A DNA stretch of 59,875 bases from Actinomycetes bacterium (GCA_021801525.1 JAJYXW010000159.1:1-59875), one strand, 5' to 3'. Counted from the stretch's first letter, positions 40,687-51,119 are shown. Notes: generated by a model not told the origin, from the letters alone. A program made the numbers and translations.

Positions 40687-41615
40687 GCGACGCCGGCAGC
40701 TCGAAGTCCCCTTGGAGCTCTCCGAGGCCCGTGGGACTGCTCGACTCTCTGGCCGCCAGGTGCTCGTTTCCCCCTCCGGGCAGCGAGCTCGCTTGCGCAG
40801 TGTCGGGCGGTGCCGACTCGCTCGCCCTGCTGGCACTGGCCACCACGGCCGGTTGCGCGGTCACGGCCGTCCATGTCGACCACGGCTTGCGCCCCGGCTC
40901 GGCGGAGGACGCGAACGTGGTCGAGGGGGCGGCACGCCGCTTCGGGGCAACGTTTCGCTCCGTGAGGGTGGAGGTCGCTCCCGGCCCCAATCTCGAGGAG
41001 CGGGCACGCGTAGCGCGGCTAGCGGCGCTCCCTTCCCACGCGGCTACGGGCCACACGATGGATGACCAGGCGGAGACTGTGCTCGTGAACCTGCTCCGGG
41101 GAGCGGGGCTCGACGGGCTGGCTGCAATGAGGCCAGGTCCGCGCCACCCCATCCTGGGGTTGCGCCGGGCAGAGACCGTTGCTCTGTGTGCCGAGCTCGG
41201 GCTCGATCCTGTCGAGGACCCGTCGAACGAGGACGTGCGTTTCGTTCGCAACCGTGTCCGCCACGAGCTGCTGCCGCTCTGCTCGGCGATCGCGAGCCGT
41301 GACGTCGTCCCGGTCATCGCCCGCCAAGCCGGCATAGCGGCATCCGAGGCCGACTTCCTCGACGCCCTTAGCGCCTCCCTCGACCCTGCCGACACACGTG
41401 CTCTCGCTGCAGCGCCCGAGGTCCTCGCCCGCCGTGCACTTCGACGGTGGCTCCGCTCGGAGCTCGGCCACCCGCCTGCATCCGCCGCTGTCGAGCGTGT
41501 GATGGCCGTCGTGCGTGGCGAGGTGCGAGCTACCGAGGTGGCCCCCGGGACACGGGTGAGCCGCAGCAGCGGGCGCCTGTCGAGGCGTCCTTCGGGTAGT
41601 GTCGGCGCGCGATGA
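40683..41615 (+). CDS. tilS: tRNA(Ile)-lysidine synthetase
   Basis: [31 protein letters not shown] and RNRVRH motifs. Confidence 0.95.
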   Translation: MSDAGSSKSPWSSPRPVGLLDSLAARCSFPPPGSELACAVSGGADSLALLALATTAGCAVTAVHVDHGLRPGSAEDANVVEGAARRFGATFRSVRVEVAPGPNLEERARVARLAALPSHAATGHTMDDQAETVLVNLLRGAGLDGLAAMRPGPRHPILGLRRAETVALCAELGLDPVEDPSNEDVRFVRNRVRHELLPLCSAIASRDVVPVIARQAGIAASEADFLDALSASLDPADTRALAAAPEVLARRALRRWLRSELGHPPASAAVERVMAVVRGEVRATEVAPGTRVSRSSGRLSRRPSGSVGAR

Positions 41616-42166
41616 GCTCCTGGCCGGACGACCCAGACCTCGGGCCGGTAGTGCTTACCGGAGCACAGATCGCTGCACGAGTTGCCGAGCTCGGAGCCGA
41701 GGTTGCCGGGGACTACGCAGACCACCCACCGCTACTGGTCGGGGTCCTGAAAGGCGCGTTCGTGTTCATGAGCGATCTCGCGAGGAACATACCGCTGCCC
41801 GTGGAGATCGATGTCATGGCGGTCGCGTCCTACGGAGCCGGCACTACGACGAGCGGGGTGGTGAGGATCGTGAAGGACCTCGACACCGACCTCACCGGCC
41901 GCCATGTCCTCGTGGTGGAGGACATCGTGGACAGCGGACTTACCTTGTCTTACCTGCGCCGCAACCTCCGGGCACGCCAGCCTGAAAGCCTCGAGGTGTG
42001 CGCTCTGCTCGTCAGGGAGGGTCGCCAGCGAGCCCCTCTCGACCTGCGCTACACGGGGTTCCACATCCCACCCGAGTTCGTGGTGGGCTACGGGCTCGAC
42101 GTGAACCAGCGCTACCGTAACCTTCCGGACGTGCGCGTCTACTGCGGTCCGGCTCCGGTCGAGTAG
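41612..42166 (+). CDS. hpt: Hypoxanthine phosphoribosyltransferase
   Basis: [24 protein letters not shown] and FVVGYGLD motifs. Confidence 0.97.
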   Translation: MSSWPDDPDLGPVVLTGAQIAARVAELGAEVAGDYADHPPLLVGVLKGAFVFMSDLARNIPLPVEIDVMAVASYGAGTTTSGVVRIVKDLDTDLTGRHVLVVEDIVDSGLTLSYLRRNLRARQPESLEVCALLVREGRQRAPLDLRYTGFHIPPEFVVGYGLDVNQRYRNLPDVRVYCGPAPVE

Positions 42167-42202
42167 AGAGCAGCCGGTCGAGCAGAGAGCAGCCGGTCGA
42201 GC
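42155..42202. repeat. 19-bp tandem repeat CCGGTCGAG(T/C)AGAGAGCAG, about 2.5 copies, over the hpt stop codon
   Basis: First unit contains TAG 42164-42166. Confidence 0.8.
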
Positions 42203-42255
42203 ATCCGGTACGAGGGCTGGCATGACAGCCGGCATGACAGCGAGAGAGGAGACCT

Positions 42256-42828
42256 TTGGTGCCAGTCGACCTCGGCAGGGTCGAGCGCGCGATTTCCGAG
42301 CTGCTGGCTGCGGTGGGGGAGGACTGCGAGCGGGAGGGGCTCCGTGCCACTCCCAAGCGCGTTGCCGCGATGTACCAGGAGCTTTTCGCGGGCCTCGACG
42401 ACGACCCGGCGCGCCACCTGACGGTCACCTTCGCGGCTGAGCACGACGAGATGGTCATGGTGCGCGACATACCGTTCGCGTCTTTGTGCGAGCACCATCT
42501 CGTGCCGTTCATCGGGCGCGCCCACGTCGCCTACATCCCCGGCGGCGACGGGCGCATAACCGGCCTGTCGAAGCTCGCCCGGCTGGTGGACGCCTACGCG
42601 CGGCGGCTGCAGGTGCAGGAGAGGATGACCACCCAGATCGCCGACACGCTCGAGAGCACCCTCGAGCCTCGTGGAGCGCTGGTGGTGGTGGAGGCCGAGC
42701 ACCTCTGCATGTCCATGCGCGGGGTGCGCAAGCCAGGGACCCTCACGGTCACCTCGGCGGTGCGTGGGTTGTTCAGGGACGACCCGCGCACGCGTGCAGA
42801 AGCGATGCAGTTCCTCCGCAGCAGCTGA
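42256..42828 (+). CDS. folE: GTP cyclohydrolase I
   Basis: [36 protein letters not shown] and HLCMSMRG motifs. Confidence 0.97.
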   Translation: MVPVDLGRVERAISELLAAVGEDCEREGLRATPKRVAAMYQELFAGLDDDPARHLTVTFAAEHDEMVMVRDIPFASLCEHHLVPFIGRAHVAYIPGGDGRITGLSKLARLVDAYARRLQVQERMTTQIADTLESTLEPRGALVVVEAEHLCMSMRGVRKPGTLTVTSAVRGLFRDDPRTRAEAMQFLRSS

Positions 42829-42916
42829 CAGGCCCAGCTGACAGGCCCAGCTGACAGGCCCAGCTGACAGGCCCAGCTGACAGGCCCAGCTGACAGGCCC
42901 AGCTGACAGGCCCAGC
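42822..42916. repeat. Perfect 13-bp tandem repeat CAGCTGACAGGCC, 7 copies, starting over the folE stop codon
   Basis: Counted directly; TGA 42826-42828 lies in the first unit. Confidence 0.95.
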
Positions 42917-42967
42917 GGGCTCGTCGCCCCTGCAGCACTGTGCGCGGCGAGGGCGTACTCTACTTGC

Positions 42968-43771
42968 GTGCCGATCGACTTCGAGAGCAGGGCGCGGCCC
43001 CTGGTGATGGGCGTGCTCAACGTGACCCCGGACTCGTTTTCCGACGGTGGGCGTTACGTCGATTACGAAAAGGCGCTGGATCGCGGCCTCGAGATGGCTG
43101 CCGAGGGGGCCGACATCGTCGACGTGGGAGGTGAGTCGAGCCGGCCGGGCGCCACTCCGGTCCCAGAGGCCGAGGAGCTCCGGAGAGTGCTGCCTGTGAT
43201 CGCGGCTCTGGCGCCTCATGTGCGCGTGTCGGTCGACACGACCAAGCCAGCGGTCGCCCGCGAGGCGCTGCAAGCGGGCGCCACGGTGCTGAACGACATC
43301 TCGGCATCGATGTGGCAGCTTGCTGCCGATGCCGGCGTGGGGTGGGTGGCCATGCATATGCAGGGCACTCCACGGACCATGCAGGTCGCGCCCCGCTACC
43401 GCGACGTGGTGGCCGAGGTCTGCTCCTTCCTCGCCGAGAGAGCGCGGCGCGCCCAGGATGCAGGCGTTCCCGAGCTATGGATAGATCCCGGGATCGGCTT
43501 CGGGAAGACCACCACCGACAACCTCTCGCTGCTTGCGCACCTCGGGGAGCTGTGCTCCATGGGATGGCCCGTGCTCGTTGGCACGAGCCGCAAGAGGTTC
43601 CTCGGGGAGATCACGCCAGGAGCCGGCGGAGCTCTAGCACCGGTCGGCGAACGGCTCGAGGCTTCCCTGGCTACGGCGGCATGGGCTATGACGTGCGGTG
43701 TTTCGATGGTCAGGGTCCACGACGTCGATGCGACGGTACAGGCGGCCGCTCTGGTGGGTTGCCGGCGATGA
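42968..43771 (+). CDS. folP: Dihydropteroate synthase
   Basis: MGVLNVTPDSFSDGG, DVGGESSRPG, IDPGIGFGK, GTSRKRF and RVHDV motifs. Confidence 0.97.
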   Translation: MPIDFESRARPLVMGVLNVTPDSFSDGGRYVDYEKALDRGLEMAAEGADIVDVGGESSRPGATPVPEAEELRRVLPVIAALAPHVRVSVDTTKPAVAREALQAGATVLNDISASMWQLAADAGVGWVAMHMQGTPRTMQVAPRYRDVVAEVCSFLAERARRAQDAGVPELWIDPGIGFGKTTTDNLSLLAHLGELCSMGWPVLVGTSRKRFLGEITPGAGGALAPVGERLEASLATAAWAMTCGVSMVRVHDVDATVQAAALVGCRR

Positions 43772-44448
43772 AGGGGAAATGGGCCACCGGGATACCTCCG
43801 CGCAACTTCACGTGGGTGGTGGAGGACCACTTGGCGATGAGCGAGCGGCCTGGGGGGTTTGCACCCAATCATCGGCGGGTGCGCCGCCAGGAGGAGATCA
43901 TCTGGCTCAGGGGCCAGGGCTTCACCCGCGTCGTGTCGCTCCTCGGATCACCTCACAACCTTGCTGCGTACGAGGAGGGGCAGCTCCCCTCTGCCCACTT
44001 CGCGTTGCCGGCGAGCGGAGACGTACGTGAGATCCTCGTCAGGCTGTTTGCTGAGTTGGAGCGCTGGATCTCATCGGGCGAGAAGGTGCTGGTTCACCAG
44101 GAGGAGCTTGGTGAGAGGGTGATGGGGGTCGTGGCGGCGTACTTGATGTGGTCGGGCCGCCTGCCGGATGCCGCGCAGGCCATAGCGGCAGTCGAGCGCC
44201 TCGGGGCCCGGCGCATGGGTCTTCACGGGCGAGAGCTGGTAGCCCAGATGGAGCCGCTAGCGCGCCGTTCGCAGCCGACACACAGCGCAGCGCAGCGCCC
44301 CCCAGCTTCGGGATCTGGCCTGTCACGACCGGCGGCACCAGCTACCGGGGTCCCGGGCACCAGGGCGCGAGACACCGGGGTACCGGGTACCGGGGTACCG
44401 GGCGCGAGGGCGCGAGGGCGCGGCGCTCGTCCGGGCGAGGGAGAGTGA
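43768..44448 (+). CDS. Dual-specificity-phosphatase-fold protein lacking the catalytic Cys
   Basis: ATGA-coupled to folP; NFTWVVEDHLAMSERPG, GFTRVVSLL, KVLVHQEELGER in place of HCxxGxxR, VAAYLMW. Confidence 0.7.
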   Translation: MKGKWATGIPPRNFTWVVEDHLAMSERPGGFAPNHRRVRRQEEIIWLRGQGFTRVVSLLGSPHNLAAYEEGQLPSAHFALPASGDVREILVRLFAELERWISSGEKVLVHQEELGERVMGVVAAYLMWSGRLPDAAQAIAAVERLGARRMGLHGRELVAQMEPLARRSQPTHSAAQRPPASGSGLSRPAAPATGVPGTRARDTGVPGTGVPGARARGRGARPGEGE

Positions 44449-44804
44449 CCCGCGACTGCCTCGAGATAAGAGGGCTTAGGGTCCTCGGCGTCCACGGGAT
44501 CCTGCGCGAGGAGCGCTCCAGGCTGCAGCCCTTCGAGATCGACCTCGACATCTACCTGGTTGAGCGGCCCTCCGGCGCCGACGACCTCGCTTCGACGGCC
44601 GACTACGCCCATGCGGTGACGGTCGCGACGGAGGTCGTGGAGAAGGAGTCCTGCCGGCTGCTCGAGGCACTGGCAGAGAAGGTGGCCCAGGCGCTCCTCC
44701 AGGATCCGCGCATAGCGGAGGTCACGGTAGCGCTCCGCAAGCTCCGCCCGCCGATCGCGGCCGACCTCCTGACGGCCGGCGTCCGGTTGACCCGCTCGCG
44801 CTGA
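44445..44804 (+). CDS. folB: Dihydroneopterin aldolase
   Basis: EIRGLRVLGVHG...EER...QPFEIDL, DDLASTADY and LLEALAE motifs. Confidence 0.93.
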   Translation: MTRDCLEIRGLRVLGVHGILREERSRLQPFEIDLDIYLVERPSGADDLASTADYAHAVTVATEVVEKESCRLLEALAEKVAQALLQDPRIAEVTVALRKLRPPIAADLLTAGVRLTRSR

Positions 44805-44818
44805 GCAGGGCGTCGGAG

Positions 44819-45277
44819 ATGCGCGCGTTCCTGGGGCTCGGCTCCAACCTGGCTGACCGCGTCGGCTACCTGCGTATGGGAGTGGCAGCGTTGGAAGACC
44901 TGGTCGCCGTGTCGCCTGTGTACGAGACGGCGCCCGTCGGGGGCCCAGATGACCAGGGACCATACCTGAACGTCGTGGCTGAGCTCGACACACGATCGTC
45001 GCCACGGGAGTTGCTGGCGCGCTGCGCGAGGATCGAGAAGGCGGCTGGGCGCGTGCGCAGCGTGCGCTTTGGGCCGCGCACGCTCGACGTCGACGTCTTG
45101 CTGGTGGGAGACCTGCGAGTCCAGGACGAGGACTTGGTCGTGCCACACCCGCGGATGTGGGAGCGCCGCTTCGTCCTGGCGCCCCTGCACGACCTTGCCC
45201 CTGAGCTGGTGCCCGAAGGCTTGCTCGCTCGCGCTGGTGGCGAGGTCACGAGATTGGGTACACTGGAGCTGTCCTAA
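44819..45277 (+). CDS. folK: 2-amino-4-hydroxy-6-hydroxymethyldihydropteridine diphosphokinase
   Basis: LGLGSNL, SPVYETAPVG, GPRTLDVD and PHPRMWERRFVL motifs. Confidence 0.96.
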   Translation: MRAFLGLGSNLADRVGYLRMGVAALEDLVAVSPVYETAPVGGPDDQGPYLNVVAELDTRSSPRELLARCARIEKAAGRVRSVRFGPRTLDVDVLLVGDLRVQDEDLVVPHPRMWERRFVLAPLHDLAPELVPEGLLARAGGEVTRLGTLELS

Positions 45278-45336
45278 ATCCGATCGCCTGACGCGACCGG
45301 CACCCGCAGAGGGGCTGGAGCGCAGAAAGGGGTCTG

Positions 45337-47121
45337 GTGGTCAAAGTTCGCTTGATCGGTCCTGGTCGTGCCGGTGCCTCGATGGCAGCAGCCCTGGATG
45401 CCGTGGGTTGCCGCGTGCTCGGCGTGCTCGGTCGCGGGGATGACACCTCAGGTGCTGCCCGGGGTGCCGACGTCTTGTTCATCGCAGTTCGTGACGCGGA
45501 CATCGCAGCCGTCGCGAGAAGCGTCGAACCGGTCGACGGCTGCCTGGTCGTGCACATGTCCGGGTCGCTCGGGCTCGACGTCCTCGCGCCTCACAAGAGG
45601 AGAGCCTCTGTCCACCCCCTGGTGCCTCTGCCCTGCCCGGAGGTTGGCGCCAGCCGGCTGCTCTCAGGGGTGCACTACGCAGTGGCAGGCGACCCGGGGG
45701 CCGCCGAGCTCGTGTCGTTGCTGGCAGGTAAAGCCGTCGAGGTGGCTGATGCGAAGCGCGGGACTTACCACGCGGCGGCCTGCATCGCCGCCAATCACCT
45801 GGTGGCATTGATGGGGCAGGTCGAGCGCGTGGCTGCGAGTGCAGGGCTCGACCTCGCACCCTTTATCGACCTCGCCCGCTTTTCCCTCGACGACGTGGAG
45901 CGCCTGGGTGCTGCGGGAGCTCTCACCGGACCGGCTGCTCGCGGAGATGCCGGAACGCTTCAGGCTCACCGGCGCAGCATCGACGCTTCGGAGATTCCCG
46001 CATACGACGCCCTTTCGGACCAGGCGAGGAGGCTGGCGCGCCACGTAGGTACCAGCAGCGCGCGCATGGTCACGGCGCCGGCAGGAAAGGCGGCACCGAG
46101 GGTGGTCACCACTTGCTCGGAGTTTGCTCGAGCGATAGAAGAGGCGCGGCAGGGGGGTCTCTCGGTCGGACTCGTTGCGACCATGGGCGCGCTCCATGCC
46201 GGGCACTGCTCCCTGGTGGAGCGTTCTGCCTCGGAGTGCGGGCTCACGGCCGTCACCATCTTCGTGAACCCACTCCAGTTCGAGGATCCGTCGGACCTGG
46301 CGGCTTACCCCCGGGACCTCCAGGCGGACGTGGCGTTGGCGGCGCGAGCTGGTGCGGGGCTCGTGTTCGCTCCCCCGGTGGAGGAGATGTACCCGGGGTA
46401 CCCCGCTCCCGTTGCGACCAGGGTTCAGGTCTCTTCGCTCTCGGGTGTGCTGGAGGGCGCTTCGCGTCCGGGGCATCTTGACGGCGTCGCCACTGTGGTG
46501 ACCAAGCTGCTGGCTCTCACTGGCCGGTGCAGGGCTTATTTCGGGGAGAAGGATTTCCAGCAGCTCGCGCTGGTCAGGCGGCTGGTCGAGGATCTCTCCC
46601 TTCCCGTCGAGGTCGTCGGGTGCGCGACCGTGCGTCAGGAGGACGGGCTCGCGCTCTCGAGCCGCAACGTCCGGCTCTCACCTGCCGAGCGAGCCGCGGC
46701 ACTGGTGTTGCGCCAGGCGCTCCTCGCGGGGCGGCGCGCGATCCTGGGCGGGACACGCGACCCAGAGGCCGTCCGCTCGGCAATGCGGGCTGTGCTCGAC
46801 ACCGAGCCCCTGGTGGATACCGACTACGCGGAGGTAGTGGACGCAGTGACGCTCTCGTGCCCCGACGAGCTGCGTGGCGAGCTCCGCCTGCTGGTGGCGG
46901 CGCGCGTTGGACCCGTACGCCTGATCGACAACGAGGGGGTACGAGCCCTCGATGCCGAGCGCCATGCTTCGCAACGGCCTCCCAGTACCCGAGCTGGCAG
47001 GCTGCATGTTCTCCGACCCGCAAGTAGCGTGCTGTCGCCAGAGGTTCCAGGAGCGGCGCCCGTGCCAGGAGCGGCGCCCGTGCGGCCGGAGTACGTCGTT
47101 GCTTCCGAGACGGACCACTAG
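45337..47121 (+). CDS. panC: Fusion of a Rossmann-like/DUF2520 (PanG-like reductase) domain and pantoate-beta-alanine ligase
   Basis: N-half IGPGRAG, HMSGS, SVHPL, YHAAACIAAN, LTGPAARGD; C-half TMGALHAGH, IFVNPLQF, YFGEKDFQQ, LSSRN, RLIDN. Confidence 0.9.
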   Translation: MVKVRLIGPGRAGASMAAALDAVGCRVLGVLGRGDDTSGAARGADVLFIAVRDADIAAVARSVEPVDGCLVVHMSGSLGLDVLAPHKRRASVHPLVPLPCPEVGASRLLSGVHYAVAGDPGAAELVSLLAGKAVEVADAKRGTYHAAACIAANHLVALMGQVERVAASAGLDLAPFIDLARFSLDDVERLGAAGALTGPAARGDAGTLQAHRRSIDASEIPAYDALSDQARRLARHVGTSSARMVTAPAGKAAPRVVTTCSEFARAIEEARQGGLSVGLVATMGALHAGHCSLVERSASECGLTAVTIFVNPLQFEDPSDLAAYPRDLQADVALAARAGAGLVFAPPVEEMYPGYPAPVATRVQVSSLSGVLEGASRPGHLDGVATVVTKLLALTGRCRAYFGEKDFQQLALVRRLVEDLSLPVEVVGCATVRQEDGLALSSRNVRLSPAERAAALVLRQALLAGRRAILGGTRDPEAVRSAMRAVLDTEPLVDTDYAEVVDAVTLSCPDELRGELRLLVAARVGPVRLIDNEGVRALDAERHASQRPPSTRAGRLHVLRPASSVLSPEVPGAAPVPGAAPVRPEYVVASETDH

Positions 47122-47153
47122 ACCCCGCAGGCTGAGAGAGGAGATTGCTGGCC

Positions 47154-47579
47154 ATGCGCCGACGCATGATGAAGTCGAAGATCCATCGGGCTACCGTCAC
47201 CGACGCGAACCTCGACTACATAGGCTCCATCAGCCTCGACCCAAGATTGATGGAGCTGGCAGACATCCGTGAGTACGAGCAGGTCGCCGTGCTCGACATC
47301 GACAACGGAGCGCGCTTCGAGACTTATGCGATCGTGGGTGGGCCCGGGGAGGTCTGCCTGAACGGCGCTGCCGCCCGCCTGGTGCAGCGGGGCGATCGGG
47401 TGATCGTGCTCACCTATGCCGACTTCGAGGCAGCCGAGCTCGACGGGTTCGAGCCGCTTGTCGTCCATGTAGACGCCTCCAACCAGCCCGTTGGTGAGGA
47501 TGCGGCGCGGCTCGTGGCGCTGGAGGCGAGCTTTGCTGCTCCGGCGTCGCACAGCACTCCGAGAGGGATCACCCGCTGA
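47154..47579 (+). CDS. panD: Aspartate 1-decarboxylase
   Basis: [24 protein letters not shown] and NGAAAR motifs. Confidence 0.97.
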   Translation: MRRRMMKSKIHRATVTDANLDYIGSISLDPRLMELADIREYEQVAVLDIDNGARFETYAIVGGPGEVCLNGAAARLVQRGDRVIVLTYADFEAAELDGFEPLVVHVDASNQPVGEDAARLVALEASFAAPASHSTPRGITR

Positions 47580-47592
47580 GCGGGTCCGGCCA

Positions 47593-49272
47593 GTGGCGGA
47601 GCTCGATGTCCTGGTGGTCGGAAGTGGCGTCGCGGGCCTCTCTGCTGCTGTCCGCCTGGCGGGCTCGGCGCGCCGGAGCGTAGGAGTCCTGACCAAGGCC
47701 GAGCTCGAGCAGTCGGCTACCCGCTGGGCTCAGGGAGGCGTGGCGGCCGTCCTATCGAGCGACGAGGACTCCACCGACCTCCACATGGCCGACACGATTG
47801 CAGCGGGCGCGGGTCTCTGCGACATGGACGCCGTGAGGATCTTGGTGAACGAAGGACCCCTGCGGGTCGAAGAGCTCGTGGCCCTGGGCGCCGTCTTCGA
47901 CCGCGAGGCCGGCGGTACTTTCGCACGGGCCCGCGAAGGCGGTCACTCCACCGCCCGCGTGCTTCACGCCGGCGGCGCGGCTACGGGAGCGGAGGTCGAG
48001 CGGGCGCTCGTTGGAGCGCTCGAGCAGAGCGCTGCCGCCATATACGAGCGCTGGTTCGCTCTCGACTTGCTCGTGGACGGCGGCACCTGCGTCGGTGTCT
48101 CGGCGCTCGACCCTGAGGGGGCTCTCCACGAGGTGCTCGCGAGAAACGTAGTCCTCGCGACCGGGGGAGCTGGGCAGCTCTACGCGGTCACCACCAACCC
48201 TCCGGAGGCGACAGGCGACGGCATAGCCATGGCGCTTCGAGCCGGGGTTCCGGTGGCTGACGTCGAGTTCATGCAGTTCCATCCGACGGCTCTTCATCAT
48301 CCGGCCATGCCGAGGCCATTGCTCTCCGAGGCGCTTCGCGGCCATGGCGCTCTCCTGCGCGACGTGTTGGGCGAGCGCTTCGTCGACGAGCTGTCGCCCC
48401 GTGACGTGGTGAGCCGGGCCATGGCCGAGCGGATGGCCACTCAGCACGCCGATCACCTCTGGCTCGACGCAACTGCTCTGGAGGCTTTCGAGGAGCGCTT
48501 TCCCACGCTTGCCGCGTCCATCGCCGAGGCTGGCCTCGACCCGGGCCGCGACTGGCTGCCTATTGCTCCGGCTGCTCACTACCTTTCCGGGGGCGTGCTC
48601 ACGGACCTCGACGGAGCGACAGCCCTCCCGGCGTTGTGGGCGGCCGGGGAGACCGCTTGCACCGGCGTGCATGGCGCCAACCGCCTTGCTTCCAACTCTC
48701 TGCTCGAGGGAATGGTCTTCGGCGCGCGCCTCGCAGACGCCATAGCTGCCGGCAGGTCGAAGGCCGAGCCCACCGGAGCGATGGCTGCGCTGTGGGGGTC
48801 GGGTAGCGGTGTCCCGTGCCTCGTGGTGAGCGAGCTCGCGGGCGAGGGGCTTCGCCCGCATGCAGGCGGGAGCTCACTGGCTGATCTGGGTGAGGGAGGC
48901 GAGGCTGCTACGGGCGGCAAGGATCGCACGAGCACGCCAGAGCTGCGTTCCAGGCTGCAGGACGCGATGACAGCCGGAGCGGGGGTGGTCCGCTCGGGCT
49001 CCTCGCTGCACGACGCCGAGGTCGCGCTGGAGGAGGTCTCCCGCCTTGCTTCGCAGCCGGGGCAGGGAGAGATCGTAAATCTGGTCACCGTTGCGCGCGC
49101 CCTTCTCGGTTCCGCGAGGATGCGTGAGGAGAGCCGTGGTGCACACGGGCGCTCGGACTTCCCCGAGACGAGCGAAGCGTGGCGCAGGCGAATAGTCCAC
49201 GCCCGCCACATCCCGGGTGTCCAGGTTGGCTCCGATGTCCAGCTCGGCGGAGCGGGTAGACGTGCCAGATGA
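47593..49272 (+). CDS. nadB: L-aspartate oxidase
   Basis: GSGVAGL, WAQGGVAA, REGGHS, QFHPT, HGANRLASNSLLEG and ESRGAH motifs. Confidence 0.95.
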   Translation: MAELDVLVVGSGVAGLSAAVRLAGSARRSVGVLTKAELEQSATRWAQGGVAAVLSSDEDSTDLHMADTIAAGAGLCDMDAVRILVNEGPLRVEELVALGAVFDREAGGTFARAREGGHSTARVLHAGGAATGAEVERALVGALEQSAAAIYERWFALDLLVDGGTCVGVSALDPEGALHEVLARNVVLATGGAGQLYAVTTNPPEATGDGIAMALRAGVPVADVEFMQFHPTALHHPAMPRPLLSEALRGHGALLRDVLGERFVDELSPRDVVSRAMAERMATQHADHLWLDATALEAFEERFPTLAASIAEAGLDPGRDWLPIAPAAHYLSGGVLTDLDGATALPALWAAGETACTGVHGANRLASNSLLEGMVFGARLADAIAAGRSKAEPTGAMAALWGSGSGVPCLVVSELAGEGLRPHAGGSSLADLGEGGEAATGGKDRTSTPELRSRLQDAMTAGAGVVRSGSSLHDAEVALEEVSRLASQPGQGEIVNLVTVARALLGSARMREESRGAHGRSDFPETSEAWRRRIVHARHIPGVQVGSDVQLGGAGRRAR

Positions 49273-50180
49273 GTGACGATCGCCAGGTTGATCCGCCTGC
49301 TCTGGCGGTGCGCCGCGCCGTCGAGGTCGCGCTGGCCGAGGATCTCCTGCCGCTCGGGGATCTGACCGCCTCCCTAGTTCCCGCCAGTACGCGGGCGCGG
49401 GCCGCTGTCGTGGCCCGCCAGGAAGGCGTGCTAGCGGGGAGGCTATGTGCTCTCGAGGTGTTGGCACAGGTCGACCCGGGCGTCGAGGTTCGGTGGATCC
49501 TTCCCGACGGGAGCCGGGTGCTTCCCGGCTCGGTGGTGGCCGAGATAGAGGGATCGCTGCGCTCGATCCTCACAGCAGAACGCAGTGCTCTCAACTTCCT
49601 GTGCCATCTCTCCGGCGTGGCGACGTTGGCATCGCGTTTCGTGCAGGCAGTCGCGGCGGCCAATGCGTCCACGCGGGTGCTCGACACCCGGAAGACGACG
49701 CCGGGCCTGCGCGCGCTCGAGAAGGCAGCTGTGCGCGCGGGTGGTGCGTGGAACCATCGCGCCAACCTGTCCGACGCAGTCTTGGTGAAGGACAACCATC
49801 TTGGTGGGCTGAGCATCGGGCAGGCCGTGTCGAGGGCGCGCGATGCCTGGCCTGGACGCTATGTCGAAGTGGAGTGTGACAGGTCCGAGCAAGTGGCCGA
49901 GGCGCTGCTGGCGGGTGCCTCGGCGGTTCTGCTCGACAACATGACTCCGAGCGAGGTGGCAGCCTGCGTGAGCATGGTGCGTGCTTCGGCAGGCTCGGCC
50001 GGAGTTCTAGTCGAGGTGTCGGGCGGAGTGACCCTCGAGAGCGCGCCGGCCTACGCGGCCGCCGGAGCGGACCTCGTCTCGGTAGGTGCCATAACGCACT
50101 CCGCGCCGGCGCTCGACCTTGGCCTCGACCTCGACCTCCGTCCGGCCCACGACGGTCCCCGCGAAGGCCAGGAGGGGTAG
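49269..50180 (+). CDS. nadC: Nicotinate-nucleotide diphosphorylase (carboxylating)
   Basis: ERSALNFL, DTRKTTPGLR, HRANLSDAVLVKDNH, LLDN and SVGAITHS motifs. Confidence 0.96.
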   Translation: MSDDRQVDPPALAVRRAVEVALAEDLLPLGDLTASLVPASTRARAAVVARQEGVLAGRLCALEVLAQVDPGVEVRWILPDGSRVLPGSVVAEIEGSLRSILTAERSALNFLCHLSGVATLASRFVQAVAAANASTRVLDTRKTTPGLRALEKAAVRAGGAWNHRANLSDAVLVKDNHLGGLSIGQAVSRARDAWPGRYVEVECDRSEQVAEALLAGASAVLLDNMTPSEVAACVSMVRASAGSAGVLVEVSGGVTLESAPAYAAAGADLVSVGAITHSAPALDLGLDLDLRPAHDGPREGQEG

Positions 50181-50255
50181 GGCCGGCAGGCACCGGCCAG
50201 GAAGGGTAGGGCCGGCAGGCACCGGCCAGGAAGGGTAGGGCCGGCAGGTACCGGC
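50166..50255. repeat. 29-bp tandem repeat x3, starting over the nadC stop codon
   Basis: CCAGGAAGGGTAGGGCCGGCAGGCACCGG units; TAG 50178-50180 lies in the first unit. Confidence 0.9.
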
Positions 50256-50273
50256 TACGAAGCGAAGGGAGGT

Positions 50274-51119
50274 ATGTCGGACTTGCTGTTAGCCATAGAC
50301 GTAGGCAACACCGAAACGGTCGTCGGCCTGTTCTCGACCGGGCCTGGGGACACTCCGCCCGAGGCTGCTTCCCGGCGTATGCCGTCGCTGCCCCCCGAGC
50401 CCGCCGGCCTCACGCATCACTGGCGGCTCTCCACCATCGACACCCGCACGGCGGACGAGCATGCCTTGCTGCTGACCGAGCTCCTCGGCCTGGACGGGCT
50501 CAGCACGTCGAGCGTTGTGGGCGGCATCGCCGTTACCTCGTCCGTCCCGCGGGTAACGGCTGCGCTCAGGCAGATGGCGGCCAACTGGTTCGACGTTCCG
50601 TGCCTCGTGCTCGAGCCAGGGGTTCGCTCGGGCATGCCCATCCTCTACGACAACCCACGCGAGGTCGGAGCGGACCGCATTGCGAACGCGGTGGGCGCCT
50701 ACGACCTCTATGGCGGCCCCTGTATCGTCGTCGACCTCGGCACCGCGACCACTTTCGACGCCATCTCCGAGGCCGGGGAGTACATGGGCGGGGCCATCGC
50801 CCCGGGGGTGGCGATAAGTCTCGACGCGCTCTTCGACCATGCAGCCGCGCTCCGGCGTGTGGAGCTGGTGGAACCTCGCAACGTCATAGGCAAGTCGACC
50901 GTGGAGTCCATGCAGTCCGGCGCCCTCTATGGTTTCGCTGGGCAGGTCGACGGGCTCTGCCGCCGCTTCCTCGACGAGCTGGGACCGGCTGCCGTGATAG
51001 CCACCGGGGGGCTCGCAGACGTAGTGGCGCCCTATTCGTCGTGCATAGAGCATCGCGAGCCTTGGCTGACGCTTCACGGCTTGCGGCTCATCTACGAGCG
51101 CAACCAGCAGCCTCGCTGA
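50274..51119 (+). CDS. coaX: Type III pantothenate kinase
   Basis: AIDVGNT, EVGADRIAN, VDLGTATTFD, GGAIAPG, ATGG and LTLHGL motifs. Confidence 0.95.
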   Translation: MSDLLLAIDVGNTETVVGLFSTGPGDTPPEAASRRMPSLPPEPAGLTHHWRLSTIDTRTADEHALLLTELLGLDGLSTSSVVGGIAVTSSVPRVTAALRQMAANWFDVPCLVLEPGVRSGMPILYDNPREVGADRIANAVGAYDLYGGPCIVVDLGTATTFDAISEAGEYMGGAIAPGVAISLDALFDHAAALRRVELVEPRNVIGKSTVESMQSGALYGFAGQVDGLCRRFLDELGPAAVIATGGLADVVAPYSSCIEHREPWLTLHGLRLIYERNQQPR

